Assembly (NCBI GenBank): GCA_949298805.1
Contig: CASFXY010000006.1
Coordinates: forward strand, 17,442-81,441
Reading direction: 5' to 3'
DNA: 64,000 nucleotides
From: an uncultured bacterium
GTDB lineage: Bacteria; Cyanobacteriota; Vampirovibrionia; Gastranaerophilales; Gastranaerophilaceae
The notes beneath the pieces were generated by a model. The model was given only the letters and a program-made list of their open reading frames with translations, ran no database searches and had not been told where the DNA came from. Numbering within the stretch: position 1 is the stretch's first letter; each line of letters starts with the position of its first letter. Below are positions 20,236-30,417 of this stretch, piece by piece. The position numbers were made by a program, and so were the translations under genes.

Positions 20236-21171
20236 ATGGATAAAAAAATTTTCGTGGCAGGTCACAGGGGTTTAGTCGGAAGCGCTATTTTAAGAGAGCT
20301 TGAAAGAAAGGGTTATAAAAATTTTGTCCTTAAAACCCATCAAGAGCTTGACTTGGAAGATGCAAAATCAGTAGATAAGTTTTTTGAATATGAAAAACCT
20401 GATTGGGTATTTTTAGCAGCGGCAAAAGTCGGGGGGATATATGCAAATAATACATACCCCGTTGATTTTTTGCTTAATAATTTAAAGATACAAAACAATA
20501 TTTTTGAAAGTTCTTTTAAATACAATGTTGAAAAATTTATGTTTTTGGGTTCTTCCTGTATTTATCCCAAAAATGCCCCGCAACCGATTAAAGAAGAATA
20601 TTTGCTTTCTTCAAAATTAGAACCCACAAATGAACCTTACGCATTGGCTAAGATTTGCGGTATTAAGCTTGCAAATGCTTATAACAGGCAATTTGGGACA
20701 AATTACATTTCCGTTATGCCTTGTAATTTATATGGTATAGGTGATAATTATCATAGCGAAAATGCTCATGTTGTACCTATGTTAATAAGAAGATTTCATG
20801 AGGCAAAAATGCGCAAAGACAAGACCGTTACGGCTTGGGGAACAGGCACCCCCTTGAGAGAATTTTTGTTCTCGGATGATTTGGCGCGTGCTTGTGTTTA
20901 TTTAATGGAGAATAAAAATGCCTGTGAAATAGGAGAATTTATAAATATAGGTTCGGGCAAAGAAAGAACAATAAAAGAAATTGTTGAACTTGTTAAGGCT
21001 ACTGTTGGTTTTGAAGGCGAAGTAATTTGGGATAAAACAAAACCTGACGGTACATTAAGAAAGCTTATGGATGTTTCTCGTATTAATGCACTTGGTTGGA
21101 AGGCGCAAATTGAATTAGAGGAAGGTTTAAAGATAGCTTATCAAGATTTTTTGCAAAGATATCAAGATTAA
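20236..21171 (+). CDS. fcl: GDP-L-fucose synthase (GDP-4-keto-6-deoxymannose epimerase/reductase)
   Basis: IFVAGHRGLVGSAI Rossmann motif, GSSCIYP, PYALAKI. The ORF track starts at the 20206 GTG, but the ATG at 20236 (MDKKIFVAG) fits the family N-terminus. Confidence 0.9.
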   Translation: MDKKIFVAGHRGLVGSAILRELERKGYKNFVLKTHQELDLEDAKSVDKFFEYEKPDWVFLAAAKVGGIYANNTYPVDFLLNNLKIQNNIFESSFKYNVEKFMFLGSSCIYPKNAPQPIKEEYLLSSKLEPTNEPYALAKICGIKLANAYNRQFGTNYISVMPCNLYGIGDNYHSENAHVVPMLIRRFHEAKMRKDKTVTAWGTGTPLREFLFSDDLARACVYLMENKNACEIGEFINIGSGKERTIKEIVELVKATVGFEGEVIWDKTKPDGTLRKLMDVSRINALGWKAQIELEEGLKIAYQDFLQRYQD

Positions 21172-21187
21172 GATTTTATAAATTCCT

Positions 21188-21216
21188 TTGACTATTTGAG
21201 TAAAACATTGCATAAT
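21188..21216 (+). promoter_or_regulatory. Putative sigma-70-type promoter of glnA
   Basis: TTGACT, 17-nt spacer, CATAAT. It lies 43 nt upstream of the ATG. Confidence 0.4.
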
Positions 21217-21258
21217 AAGCTCATTAATTTAATGCGTACATAAATAGGAGAGAAGGCA

Positions 21259-22605
21259 ATGCATTACATTCCGGAGCATGGAAAAACTTTAAGTAAAGAA
21301 GAAATTAAAAAGATTATTTGTGAAAATGATATTCATTTCATCAGATTACAATTTGTTGATATTAACGGAAATGTTAAAAATTTATGTGTTCCGTCTTCTC
21401 AGATAGATAAAGTTTTAAATAATGAATGTATGTTAGACGGGTCTTCAATAAAAGGTTTCAGGAGTATTGAGACATCCGATATGTTCTTTTATCCCGACCT
21501 TGCCACATTTGCAATTTTGCCTTGGAAAGAAATGGGCGGAAGAAATGTAGCCAGAATAATTTGCGATATTTACAATGCTGACGGCACACCATTTGAAGGC
21601 TGCCCAAGATGTAACCTTAAAAGAGTAGTAAAAGAAGCTCTTGATATGGGTTATACTTTAAATGCCGGTCCTGAAGCCGAGTTTTTCCTTTTCAAAAAAG
21701 ATGAGCATGGAAAGCCTACTTTGGAAACACATGACAACGCTTATTATTATGATGTTGCGCCTGATGATAAGGGTGAAGATATAAGAGCGCAAATGGTTGA
21801 AGTTTTGCAAAAGATGGGTTTTGAAATTGAAGCAAGCCACCATGAGGCTGCCAGAGGGCAACATGAGATAGATTTTAAATATGCTGATGCAATAACAACG
21901 GCTGATAATGTTGTAACATTTAAGTACGCAGTTAAAGCGGTCGCTGATAAACATAATTTACATGCAACATTTATGCCAAAGCCTATTTTTGGGGTAAACG
22001 GCTCGGGCATGCATTGTAATGTTTCTTTATTTAAAGACGGTAAAAATGCTTTTTATGATGAAAATGAGCCCTATCAGCTTTCAAAAGAAGCTATGTATAC
22101 CATAGGTTCATATTTAAAACATGTACAAGAGTTTACGGCTGTATGCAATCCTTTGGTTAACAGCTATAAGCGTCTTGTTCCAGGGTATGAGGCACCTGTT
22201 TATCTGGCATGGTCTTTAGCTAACCGATCCGCCCTCATAAGAGTTCCTGCTAAACGCGGGAATGCTACACGTGTCGAGCTTCGCTCGCCTGATCCCAGCT
22301 GCAACCCTTATCTTGTTTTTGCAGTGCTTTTAACTGCGGCATTAGAAGGTATTAAAAATAAAATTGAACCTCCAAAACAAAGAGAAGAAAATATTTATGA
22401 GATGAGTGAAGCTCAGAAAAAAGAAAAAGGTATTTTGGCGCTTCCGGGCAGTTTAAATGAAGCTCTCTATATGATGAAAAAATCAGAGCTTGTTAAAAAG
22501 GCGCTTGGAGAACATATTTTTAATGAGTTTCTTTTATCAAAAGAAAAAGAGTGGGATAACTATCGTATTCGAGTAACTGATTGGGAATTAAGACATTATA
22601 TGTAA
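21259..22605 (+). CDS. glnA: Glutamine synthetase type I
   Basis: FVDINGNVK, DGSSI, GPEAEFFLF, GSGMHCN, NSYKRLVPGYEAP, IRVP...RVELRSPD. Confidence 0.95.
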   Translation: MHYIPEHGKTLSKEEIKKIICENDIHFIRLQFVDINGNVKNLCVPSSQIDKVLNNECMLDGSSIKGFRSIETSDMFFYPDLATFAILPWKEMGGRNVARIICDIYNADGTPFEGCPRCNLKRVVKEALDMGYTLNAGPEAEFFLFKKDEHGKPTLETHDNAYYYDVAPDDKGEDIRAQMVEVLQKMGFEIEASHHEAARGQHEIDFKYADAITTADNVVTFKYAVKAVADKHNLHATFMPKPIFGVNGSGMHCNVSLFKDGKNAFYDENEPYQLSKEAMYTIGSYLKHVQEFTAVCNPLVNSYKRLVPGYEAPVYLAWSLANRSALIRVPAKRGNATRVELRSPDPSCNPYLVFAVLLTAALEGIKNKIEPPKQREENIYEMSEAQKKEKGILALPGSLNEALYMMKKSELVKKALGEHIFNEFLLSKEKEWDNYRIRVTDWELRHYM

Positions 22606-22630
22606 AAAAGCCCCCAATGGGGGCTTTTTA
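22604..22630. terminator. Bidirectional terminator between convergent glnA and the atp operon
   Basis: AAAAAAGCCCCC-AAT-GGGGGCTTTTT hairpin with an A-run on one side and a T-run on the other. Confidence 0.7.
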
Positions 22631-23587
22631 TTTCAGAGCATCTGCGCCTGATACAACTTCGTTTAATTCTTGTGTAATTTGTGCTTGTCGTGCTTTGTTA
22701 TAATCAATTGTTAAAACTCTTATCATTTCTTGAGCGTTATTTGTCGCAGCAGACATAGCAGTCATTCTTGAAGCAAGTTCAGAGGCCTGTGCTTCCAAAA
22801 AAGCTTGAAATATAATGTTTGCAATATACATAGGAACTACTTTTTGCAAAATAGAACATAAATCGGGCAGAAATTCTGTTAAGGGGTCGATTTTATGTAC
22901 ACTTTCTTTGTGAATTATTTGATGTTCTTCGTCAAATTCTTTTTTATGGAATTCTTTAACGGTCACAGGCAAAAGTGTCCATTTTTCAACCTTGTAGGTC
23001 ATCATATTTTGATATCTTGTCGTGATAAGCTCAATTGTATCAATTTCGCCATTTACATATTCTGCCGCCATGTCTTCCGCCAAAACAAGCGAACTTATTG
23101 AATCAGGATTATCCATTATGCTTGAATATACGTTTTTGATTTCAAAATCAAGGTTCCTTGTGGCATTTTTAAGCGCAGCATGTGCTTTTTGTCCTACAAG
23201 ATAAAGTTTTACTTTTTTATTTTCATTAAGTGCTTTTTTTATTTCACTTAAAGTAAACCTTACAATATTTGCACTGTATGCGCCTGCCAGCCCTTTATTT
23301 GAGGACATTACAACAAAACCTACTGTTTTTATTTTTCTTTTTTCGAGTAGTTTTGGGTAATTGTCAATTGCACGCTCAGTTTTTACAGGTTCAAAATTTC
23401 CGCCCGATGTTGCTTTAAATACTCTTGTGAACATTTTATACAGTTCAAAAGTAAAAGGACGTGACATTTTTACGGCATTTTCTGCTTTTTTAACTTTTGC
23501 TGCCGCAACCATTTTCATTGCGCGTGTTATTTTTTGAGTATTTTGAACGCTTGTTATTCTGTCTTTTATGTTTCTTAAATTTGACAC
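22628..23587 (-). CDS. atpG: F-type ATP synthase gamma subunit
   Basis: N-terminal IKDRITSVQNTQKITRAMKMVAAAK and C-terminal ITQELNEVVSGADAL. Confidence 0.93.
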   Translation of the reverse strand: MSNLRNIKDRITSVQNTQKITRAMKMVAAAKVKKAENAVKMSRPFTFELYKMFTRVFKATSGGNFEPVKTERAIDNYPKLLEKRKIKTVGFVVMSSNKGLAGAYSANIVRFTLSEIKKALNENKKVKLYLVGQKAHAALKNATRNLDFEIKNVYSSIMDNPDSISSLVLAEDMAAEYVNGEIDTIELITTRYQNMMTYKVEKWTLLPVTVKEFHKKEFDEEHQIIHKESVHKIDPLTEFLPDLCSILQKVVPMYIANIIFQAFLEAQASELASRMTAMSAATNNAQEMIRVLTIDYNKARQAQITQELNEVVSGADALK

Positions 23588-23589
23588 TT

Positions 23590-25113
23590 TTAATCCTTTT
23601 TAAAGATATTTTCTTTAAATTCCTTAAGATGATTTTTTAGATTTTCTTTATCATTATCATCTAAAGCAGCACCTTGATTAAGTTTTTCTTCAAGTTCTCT
23701 CATATTTGATACAAAGTATTCGAACCATTGATTTTTAAAGTCTTGAATGTCTTTGTTTTCAACATCATCCAAGAAACCTTCGTTACCTGCAAAAAGTATT
23801 GTCACTTGTTTTGCAACACTTAGCGGGTTATATTGCGGTTGAATAAGAATTTGAGTTAATTTTTCACCTTTTAAGAGTTGTGCACGTGTTGCCGGGTCTA
23901 AGTCTGAAGCAAATTGTGCAAAAGCTGCAAGTTCACGATATTGCGCAAGGTCAAGACGTAATTGTCCTGCAACCTGTTTTATGCCTTTTGTTTGAGCGGC
24001 ACCGCCAACGCGTGAAACGGAGATACCTGCATTAATTGCCGGTCTTTGACCTGCGTTAAACAAGTTTGACTCAAGGAAAATTTGCCCGTCCGTAATTGAA
24101 ATAACGTTTGTCGGAATGTATGCCGATACATCTCCTGCTTGCGTTTCAATAATAGGAAGCGCTGTGATTGAACCTCCGCCTAATTCATCGGATAATTTGC
24201 AAGCTCTTTCCAATAATCTTGAATGAAGATAAAAAACATCCCCGGGGTATGCTTCACGTCCCGGCGGTCTTCTTAAAAGCAAGCTCATTGCACGATAAGC
24301 CTGAGCATGTTTTGTTAAGTCATCATATACAATTAGGACATCTTTACCTTGTTCCAAAAATTCTTCGCCGACAGCGCAACCGGCGAACGGTGCAATATAT
24401 TGCAAGGGTGCGCTTTCGTTTGCTGCAGCCGAAACAATTATTGTATATTCCATAGCACCGTATTCTTCAAGGGTTTTTGCTAATTGTGCGACTGTCGAAG
24501 TTTTTTGACCTATTGCAACATATATACAAATTACATTTTGCCCTTTTTGGTTTAGTATTGTATCTATTGCAATGGCTGTTTTACCGGTTTGTCTGTCGCC
24601 GATTATAAGTTCCCTTTGACCTCTGCCGATAGGAGTTAAGGCATCAATTGCAGTTAAACCTGTTTGCAGGGGCTGATGAACCGATTTTCTTGTAATAATC
24701 CCGGGGGCAACACGTTCGATAGGTCTTGTTTTTGTGCTTTCAATTTCCCCTTTGCCATCAATCGATTTGCCTGTCGGGTCTATAATTCTTCCTATAAGCG
24801 CATCCCCAACCGGAATCGAAGCAATTTTGCCGGTTGATTTTACTTGCATGCCTTCTTTAATTTTTGTATATTCACCTAAAATTACGACACCGACATTGTC
24901 TTCTTCAAGATTTAGGGTTATACCCAAAGTTCCTTCGCCGTCTTGAAATTCTACAAGTTCTGATGCCATAACATTTTTAAGTCCGTAGATACGCGAAATA
25001 CCGTCTGATATTTCAAGTACTGTTCCGACATTTGAAATTTCGGTTACAGATTCAAAATTTTGGATTTTTTCGCGAATGATAGAACTTATTTCATCCGGTT
25101 TAATTGCTACCAT
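23590..25113 (-). CDS. atpA: F-type ATP synthase alpha subunit
   Basis: Walker A GDRQTGKT, plus ITDGQIFL and [15 protein letters not shown]. Confidence 0.97.
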   Translation of the reverse strand: MVAIKPDEISSIIREKIQNFESVTEISNVGTVLEISDGISRIYGLKNVMASELVEFQDGEGTLGITLNLEEDNVGVVILGEYTKIKEGMQVKSTGKIASIPVGDALIGRIIDPTGKSIDGKGEIESTKTRPIERVAPGIITRKSVHQPLQTGLTAIDALTPIGRGQRELIIGDRQTGKTAIAIDTILNQKGQNVICIYVAIGQKTSTVAQLAKTLEEYGAMEYTIIVSAAANESAPLQYIAPFAGCAVGEEFLEQGKDVLIVYDDLTKHAQAYRAMSLLLRRPPGREAYPGDVFYLHSRLLERACKLSDELGGGSITALPIIETQAGDVSAYIPTNVISITDGQIFLESNLFNAGQRPAINAGISVSRVGGAAQTKGIKQVAGQLRLDLAQYRELAAFAQFASDLDPATRAQLLKGEKLTQILIQPQYNPLSVAKQVTILFAGNEGFLDDVENKDIQDFKNQWFEYFVSNMRELEEKLNQGAALDDNDKENLKNHLKEFKENIFKKD

Positions 25114-25124
25114 ATTTCTTCCTC

Positions 25125-25673
25125 TTATTTTATTATTGCGTTTTTAAATTTGTTTATTTTTCCATTGAGTGAAGTGTCAAAGACATCATCGCCCATTTTA
25201 TAGATAAGTCCTGCTATTATTTCATCTTTTACATCGTAGTTAACTATTATTTCTTTTTTTAAAATTTGCGAAAGTTTTGTTTTTATTTGCTTTTTATATT
25301 CTTCATCCAGTTCTATTGCGGATATAATTTCAATTTTTGAAACATTATTTATTTTATCAAGCAAATTATTATAGATTTTAATTATTTCAAGTATTAAATT
25401 GAAGCGATTTTTTCTGATTAGTAATTTTAGAAAATTTCTGATTAACTCATCGGTATCATTTGTAAAAACGGCATCAATCACTGCTTCTTTGTCGGTTGCC
25501 GAAATTATGGGATTAACAAGTGCTTCATAAAGTTCATTTGATGAGTTTAATATTACTTTAATGTTTTCAAGATTTTGATATATCATGCCATTATCGAGCT
25601 TATTTTCTTCATTAAGCCCTATTAAAGATTTTGCATATCTTGTTGCTATTGATTGATTTTCAGTTTTATTCAT
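25125..25673 (-). CDS. atpH: F-type ATP synthase delta (OSCP) subunit
   Basis: 182 aa with an [10 protein letters not shown]-terminus. It sits between b and alpha. Confidence 0.8.
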   Translation of the reverse strand: MNKTENQSIATRYAKSLIGLNEENKLDNGMIYQNLENIKVILNSSNELYEALVNPIISATDKEAVIDAVFTNDTDELIRNFLKLLIRKNRFNLILEIIKIYNNLLDKINNVSKIEIISAIELDEEYKKQIKTKLSQILKKEIIVNYDVKDEIIAGLIYKMGDDVFDTSLNGKINKFKNAIIK

Positions 25674-26169
25674 TGGTTTTTAACCTGTCAAGTTCGTCTA
25701 TACTTTTTTGTATAAAATCATTGTGGTAGTGTGGTTTTTCTCTTAGAATATTTTTAATGTGGTTCTTTGCAACCTCAACTGAAGCAAGTGCTGTTTTTTC
25801 AGTAAGGTTCAGTGCGACTTTTTTACTTTCAAACTCCATTACCTTTTTGGCATTTTGTTCAATACTTTTTGCTTGTAAATCAGCATCCTTAAGTATTTTT
25901 TCGCCTATTAATTCTGCACTTTTTTGGGCATTGTCAAAAATTTCTTTTACTTCATTTGCAATATTTTTTACCGTTTCGTTTGCTTTTTGTAATTCGTTTT
26001 GCGAATTTTCTTTTTCTAAGTCTGAATTTTCAACAGTTTCCTTTACCTTAATGCAGGCATTTTCTATAAGATTTCCAATTTTAAAAAATTTAATTACAAA
26101 AACAATTAACCCCAAAAGGATTAAAAAGTTAAAAGCATTTGATTTTACAATGAGTGTCCATATTTCCAT
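25666..26169 (-). CDS. atpF: F-type ATP synthase subunit b
   Basis: One N-terminal TM helix followed by a long charged helix. Assigned by its position in the operon. Confidence 0.75.
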   Translation of the reverse strand: MEIWTLIVKSNAFNFLILLGLIVFVIKFFKIGNLIENACIKVKETVENSDLEKENSQNELQKANETVKNIANEVKEIFDNAQKSAELIGEKILKDADLQAKSIEQNAKKVMEFESKKVALNLTEKTALASVEVAKNHIKNILREKPHYHNDFIQKSIDELDRLKTNE

Positions 26170-26173
26170 AGAA

Positions 26174-26644
26174 TTATTCCTGCATTATTTTTTCTACAAG
26201 ATTACTATCCACATCAGATATTTTTTCATCAGGATTTAAGAATCTATCGCTAATCATTTGAGCCAAACTCTTAATTTCGTCTTTTAGCGCAACTTTTGCT
26301 TCATTGCTTTCATTTAAAGTTTGCAGTCGTTGTGCTTCTATACTTTCTTTTGCTTGATTTTTTGCATTTTTTGTTATTTCTTCTTTTTTGTTTTTAGCAG
26401 TGTTAACTTGCTTGTCAACTTTTTCTTTGGCTTCAAATTTTGCTTTTGAAAGTTTGTCTTTTCTGTCTTGTAAAATGGCTTTTGTTTTTTCGGCATTATT
26501 TTTTGCTTCATCATAATTTCCGTCAATATATTTTTTACGCTTTTGTACAATATCATTTATCGGTTTATATAAAATGACATTCATTATAAATGTAAAAATT
26601 ATGAAACTTATAAATGCAACAATAAAAGTGCCGTTAAATTCCAT
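26174..26644 (-). CDS. F-type ATP synthase subunit b' (second b paralog)
   Basis: Same architecture as b (TM helix plus charged coiled coil). It sits between c and b, as in cyanobacterial atp1 operons. Confidence 0.7.
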   Translation of the reverse strand: MEFNGTFIVAFISFIIFTFIMNVILYKPINDIVQKRKKYIDGNYDEAKNNAEKTKAILQDRKDKLSKAKFEAKEKVDKQVNTAKNKKEEITKNAKNQAKESIEAQRLQTLNESNEAKVALKDEIKSLAQMISDRFLNPDEKISDVDSNLVEKIMQE

Positions 26645-26666
26645 TTTTCAAGATTTACCTTTCTAA

Positions 26667-26912
26667 TTAACCCAAAAGTTGAAGTGCTATAAACAAAGCG
26701 TAAATTGCTGTTGCTTCAGCAAGACCAAGACCGATGATAAAGTTAATAAATGCTTTACCTGCAATTTCTGGTTGTCTTGCCATGGACTCAAGCATACCTT
26801 TTGTTGCAATGCCGATACCAATACCGCCGCCTATTGCGCCAAAGCCTATTGCAATACCTGCACCTAATTTGCTGAATGCTGCAACTTCAGTTGCTAATTG
26901 TTCTACTGCCAT
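26667..26912 (-). CDS. atpE: F-type ATP synthase subunit c
   Basis: 81-aa hairpin proteolipid with a GxGxGxG helix and the carboxylate in GLAEATAIYAL. Confidence 0.93.
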   Translation of the reverse strand: MAVEQLATEVAAFSKLGAGIAIGFGAIGGGIGIGIATKGMLESMARQPEIAGKAFINFIIGLGLAEATAIYALFIALQLLG

Positions 26913-26932
26913 AATTTTCTCCTTTATTTTTT

Positions 26933-27646
26933 TTATTCTTCTTTATTTACCGCTAAAGCTATATAAGTTGTTGAAAGCAGTGTAAATACAAGTGCCTGAA
27001 TTAACGCTACAAATATTTCAAATGCCATAAATGGCAGTGGCACAAAGTATGCACACATACTTGCAAAAGTGAAAACCAAAATTTCACCTGCCAAAATGTT
27101 TGCAAAAAGTCGAAGTGCAAGCGAAAAAGGTCTTACAAATAACTCCAAAAGGTCTACAAGTGCAATCATTATGCCGTCAACTTTGAAGTTATGAATGAAA
27201 AATTTAAAGCCCTTTGCTTTAATTCCGTAGAAAATATAATAAATCGATACTACAATTGCCATTGCAGCGGTCATATTTATATCATTATTAGGGGAGGCAA
27301 GTTCTCCCTGATGAAGATGAATAAGCCTCCAAGGTAACTGTCCTATAAGGTTTGCAGTCAGTATAAACATAAAAAGAGTGAGCAAAAGCGGTAAGTGTTT
27401 TTTGGCTTCATTTTTGCCCATATTAGATTCTGCAATGCCTGAAAAATAACTTATGATTCCTTCAAATACAATTTGTAATTTGTTTGGAATTAATGATAAT
27501 TTTCTTGTTGCAATAAATGATATTACAATAAGCAGTCCCATGGTAATCCACATGGTAATTAATGTATCTAAATTAACGTTTATTCCAAAAAGCTGAGTGC
27601 TTAAATGCTCTCCCATAGTATTATCCTGTATTTGCTTATTGTCCAA
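26933..27646 (-). CDS. atpB: F-type ATP synthase subunit a
   Basis: FSLALRLFANILAGE carries the essential Arg. Polytopic membrane profile. Confidence 0.9.
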   Translation of the reverse strand: MDNKQIQDNTMGEHLSTQLFGINVNLDTLITMWITMGLLIVISFIATRKLSLIPNKLQIVFEGIISYFSGIAESNMGKNEAKKHLPLLLTLFMFILTANLIGQLPWRLIHLHQGELASPNNDINMTAAMAIVVSIYYIFYGIKAKGFKFFIHNFKVDGIMIALVDLLELFVRPFSLALRLFANILAGEILVFTFASMCAYFVPLPFMAFEIFVALIQALVFTLLSTTYIALAVNKEE

Positions 27647-27942
27647 TAATACACTTAAACAAATTATTTGTTCTGGTCTGTTTGGAGGAAAAATTTATGA
27701 TTTTTCCTCTTTATAAAATTTAGTAGGATTGACAAAATGAAAAAGTATTGTGAAATTTAGTTATATCCCCTTTTCTAAATCTTTAGATTTAATACTTAAT
27801 ATCCGCCCCAAATGCCTTAAAATTAAACCTTTCAATTGATGAATAAATCATCTTAAGGGGGTATATATAAAATTGTGAGGGTTAAAAAATAACCCGTTGA
27901 GTGTAAAAAATAATTTTAATTAGGGATAAAGCGGAGGATAGT

Positions 27943-28653
27943 ATGAGGAGAGCTGATTTTAAAAGAAAAACTAGGGTTATTGTAGTTGATGATAATTACG
28001 ACCATGCATCCGGTATACGCGAATTGATTAATCTTGAACAGGATTATGAAGTTATTGCAAATGCCGGTAATGTTGATGTTGCAATTTCTCTTATTAAAAA
28101 GTATCAGCCGGATATTGTATTAATGGATATTAATATGCCTGAAACTGATGGTATAACCGCAATTTCTGAGATTGAAAAACTTGGTTTAAAAACAAGAATT
28201 ATAGCATTAACAGGTTATGATGAAGCAGATTTGATTTATCGCGCTATGAAAATAGGCGCAAAAGGATATATATTAAAAACTATGGCATCTGCACAACTTA
28301 TTCGCGCACTTGACGAAGTGTCAATGGGTAAAATTTATCTTCCTTCAATACTTTGCTCAAAATTTTTCGAATATTTCCAGGCTGCAGAGAAAAATGAAAA
28401 AGCATACAATGTTGATGATGATGAAGAAAATCTTTTAAATTATCTTACAAATCGCGAAGAAGAAGTTCTGGGACTTTTAACGGAAGGAATCACATATAAA
28501 GGTGTGGCTCAACAACTCTTTATTTCTGAAACTACCGTTAAAACCCATGTTAACAATATATTCCAAAAGCTACAGGTAAATGATAGAACCCAAGCTGTCT
28601 TGTATGCGATTAACAAAGGTTTTGGTGCAAGAAAAAAAGCAAAAATTGCATAA
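27943..28653 (+). CDS. Response regulator, NarL/FixJ (REC plus LuxR-type HTH) family
   Basis: VVDDN, LMDINMPETDG, ALTGY and KGYILK form the REC domain. The HTH is LTNREEEVLGLL..GVAQQLFISETTVKTHVNNIFQKL. An acidic linker (NVDDDEEN) joins them. SD is GGAGGA. Confidence 0.9.
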   Translation: MRRADFKRKTRVIVVDDNYDHASGIRELINLEQDYEVIANAGNVDVAISLIKKYQPDIVLMDINMPETDGITAISEIEKLGLKTRIIALTGYDEADLIYRAMKIGAKGYILKTMASAQLIRALDEVSMGKIYLPSILCSKFFEYFQAAEKNEKAYNVDDDEENLLNYLTNREEEVLGLLTEGITYKGVAQQLFISETTVKTHVNNIFQKLQVNDRTQAVLYAINKGFGARKKAKIA

Positions 28654-28692
28654 TTATGCTAATGGCAAAAGTTAAAAATGGTGAGTTTATAA

Positions 28693-29931
28693 ATGTACAA
28701 AAACAATAAAAAAAGCCTTAAAAATTTTTTAAATTCAGAATACGATACTAACGATGAGTTTTTTTCAAAAAGAACCGTAAACGGACTTCTTCGCAGTTTA
28801 TTGGAACCTATTGCGGCAAATAATGCAAAGTCTTTAATTATTACCAGATTTAAAAATACAAATGGTATCGAAGGTATAATAAAAAGGCTGGAATATTGCT
28901 CAAACGTCAATATGTACAGTTTTTTGGATTTTGACATTATTTCAAAAGATGACCTTATTGAAACAGAATTTCTAATTATTACATCACACAGATATAATGC
29001 GGTTTTAATATGGGATTATTCAGACTCTAATGATAAAAGCGAAACTAAACTTTGCATTAGGGTGAATTCAAAAGATGTTAATGAGGTTTTTGAAATTGTT
29101 AAAGACAGATTAAAAATTAATCTCGATGAGGAATTTTATTCGTATCGTCCGGAACGACGTGAAAATGCACTTTTGAACGATGCAATTTACAATGTATTAA
29201 AGATGCTTAATGAAAATATTAAGGAAAATGATTTTAATTCAAAAGAACAGGAAGCCCTTATAAATAAATTGCAGACTCAAAATTCATTAGATGAAATAAA
29301 TGCAAATATACGTTATTGTTGCCATGAAATAAAAAATCAGCTTGGTGTCCTTGATATATATGCAAAAATTCTTGAAAAAAAATTCGGTGAAGACAACAAT
29401 ATTGGTCTTATTCGAAAATCAATTTCTTTAATACGTTTGCAGCTTGATGATTTAAGAGCAAATGATAATCTTAATTTTGAAGAAAAAGATTTAAAAGAAG
29501 TCATAAAATCTTCAATTCAAGTATTCGAAAGAATTCTTCCGGAACGTAATAATAAAATAAAATTTGTCGATTGTGCAAAAGGCAAAGTTATTGTTTTCAT
29601 TGATGAAGAAAGATTTTTTGCAATTTTAAATAATATTGTAAAAAATGCCGATGAATCAACTCAAAATGATGAAATTGAAATCAGAATTGAAGCAGATGAA
29701 AAATATGCAAAAATATTTATAAAAAACCATGGCGAGAAGATTGATGAACAAATACAGACTAAACTTTTTACCGAAGGATTTTCTACAAAGAAGAACGGAT
29801 GGGGTTTAGGACTTAATATTTGCAAGAAATATCTTGCTGCACAATTGGGTTCAATTTCTCTTGTTAAAAGTGATGATAATGAAACAGAATTTTTGGTTAC
29901 AATTCCACTGTCGCAAAAAGCAGTAAGCTAG
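28693..29931 (+). CDS. Soluble sensor histidine kinase (unknown N-terminal domain, HisKA plus HATPase_c)
   Basis: H-box CCHEIKNQLGVL, N-box NNIVKNADES, G-box GWGLGLNICKKY. No TM segment. The N-terminal ~150 aa might be DICT-like, which is tentative. Confidence 0.85.
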   Translation: MYKNNKKSLKNFLNSEYDTNDEFFSKRTVNGLLRSLLEPIAANNAKSLIITRFKNTNGIEGIIKRLEYCSNVNMYSFLDFDIISKDDLIETEFLIITSHRYNAVLIWDYSDSNDKSETKLCIRVNSKDVNEVFEIVKDRLKINLDEEFYSYRPERRENALLNDAIYNVLKMLNENIKENDFNSKEQEALINKLQTQNSLDEINANIRYCCHEIKNQLGVLDIYAKILEKKFGEDNNIGLIRKSISLIRLQLDDLRANDNLNFEEKDLKEVIKSSIQVFERILPERNNKIKFVDCAKGKVIVFIDEERFFAILNNIVKNADESTQNDEIEIRIEADEKYAKIFIKNHGEKIDEQIQTKLFTEGFSTKKNGWGLGLNICKKYLAAQLGSISLVKSDDNETEFLVTIPLSQKAVS

Positions 29932-29934
29932 GAG

Positions 29935-30405
29935 ATGTTGCCTATGGATTTAATTAACAACAGAACACGAGAAATAGCAGCGCTTGCACTTGACGGTTTA
30001 TACCAACGTTCAAGAGCTATTTCGGCTAACACAGTGAATGCTACAACTCCGGGGTATCAAAGAAAAGATGTTTGTTTTGAAGACCAAATTCAAGATATGA
30101 TTGAGAGAGAGGACTTAAAGGAAAAAATTAAAGTTCAAAATTCTCAAAAAATTACAGAAAATCCTCTTGAAGCATTAAAAAAACAAGACCCTGCTCAAAT
30201 AGCATTTTTAAGAAGTTCGGTAAATAATGGTTTTTCTCCTGAAATTATTGGAGATTATTCCGACCCTATAAGTGCCAATGGAAATAATGTAAATCTTGAA
30301 GCCGAGATGATGGACGAAGCTAAGACAGGTACTCAATATACAATTCTTGCTACCCTTATGTCCAGATCTTTTCAGAGTCTGCAAAGTGTAATTAAGGGTC
30401 AATAA
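29935..30405 (+). CDS. flgB: Flagellar basal-body rod protein FlgB
   Basis: Rod N-terminal motif (SRAISANTVNATTPGYQRKDV) and C-terminal YTILATLMSRSFQSL. The AGGAG spacing favours the second ATG at 29944. Confidence 0.85.
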   Translation: MLPMDLINNRTREIAALALDGLYQRSRAISANTVNATTPGYQRKDVCFEDQIQDMIEREDLKEKIKVQNSQKITENPLEALKKQDPAQIAFLRSSVNNGFSPEIIGDYSDPISANGNNVNLEAEMMDEAKTGTQYTILATLMSRSFQSLQSVIKGQ

Positions 30406-30417
30406 TGGAGGCAATAA

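Noticed and set aside
21172-21258. Search for an NtcA box (GTA-N8-TAC) at the glnA promoter
   Set aside because: Only GTA-N8-CAT is present, overlapping the spacer. It does not match the consensus, so no NtcA site is called.
25757-26239. 160-aa plus-strand ORF spanning the b/b' subunit genes
   Set aside because: It lies antisense to two well-supported atp genes. Its Ser/Phe/Leu-rich composition is the mirror of Lys/Glu/Ala-rich codons, and it has no SD. It is a shadow ORF.
27685-27709. 10-bp hairpin (GAGGAAAAAT-TTATG-ATTTTTCCTC) with an embedded GGAGG-ATG and an 8-codon mini-ORF, upstream of the atp operon
   Set aside because: On the plus strand it looks like a terminator, but there is no upstream plus-strand gene. 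On the minus strand it is simply a 5'-leader hairpin. The mini-ORF is too short to support. It is noted only as a possible atp leader structure.
27788-27801. TTTAATACTTAATA upstream of the response regulator gene, as a possible sixth copy of the 19-nt motif
   Set aside because: The heptads are adjacent (7-nt period) rather than spaced by 10 nt, and the flanks do not match. It is too weak to count.
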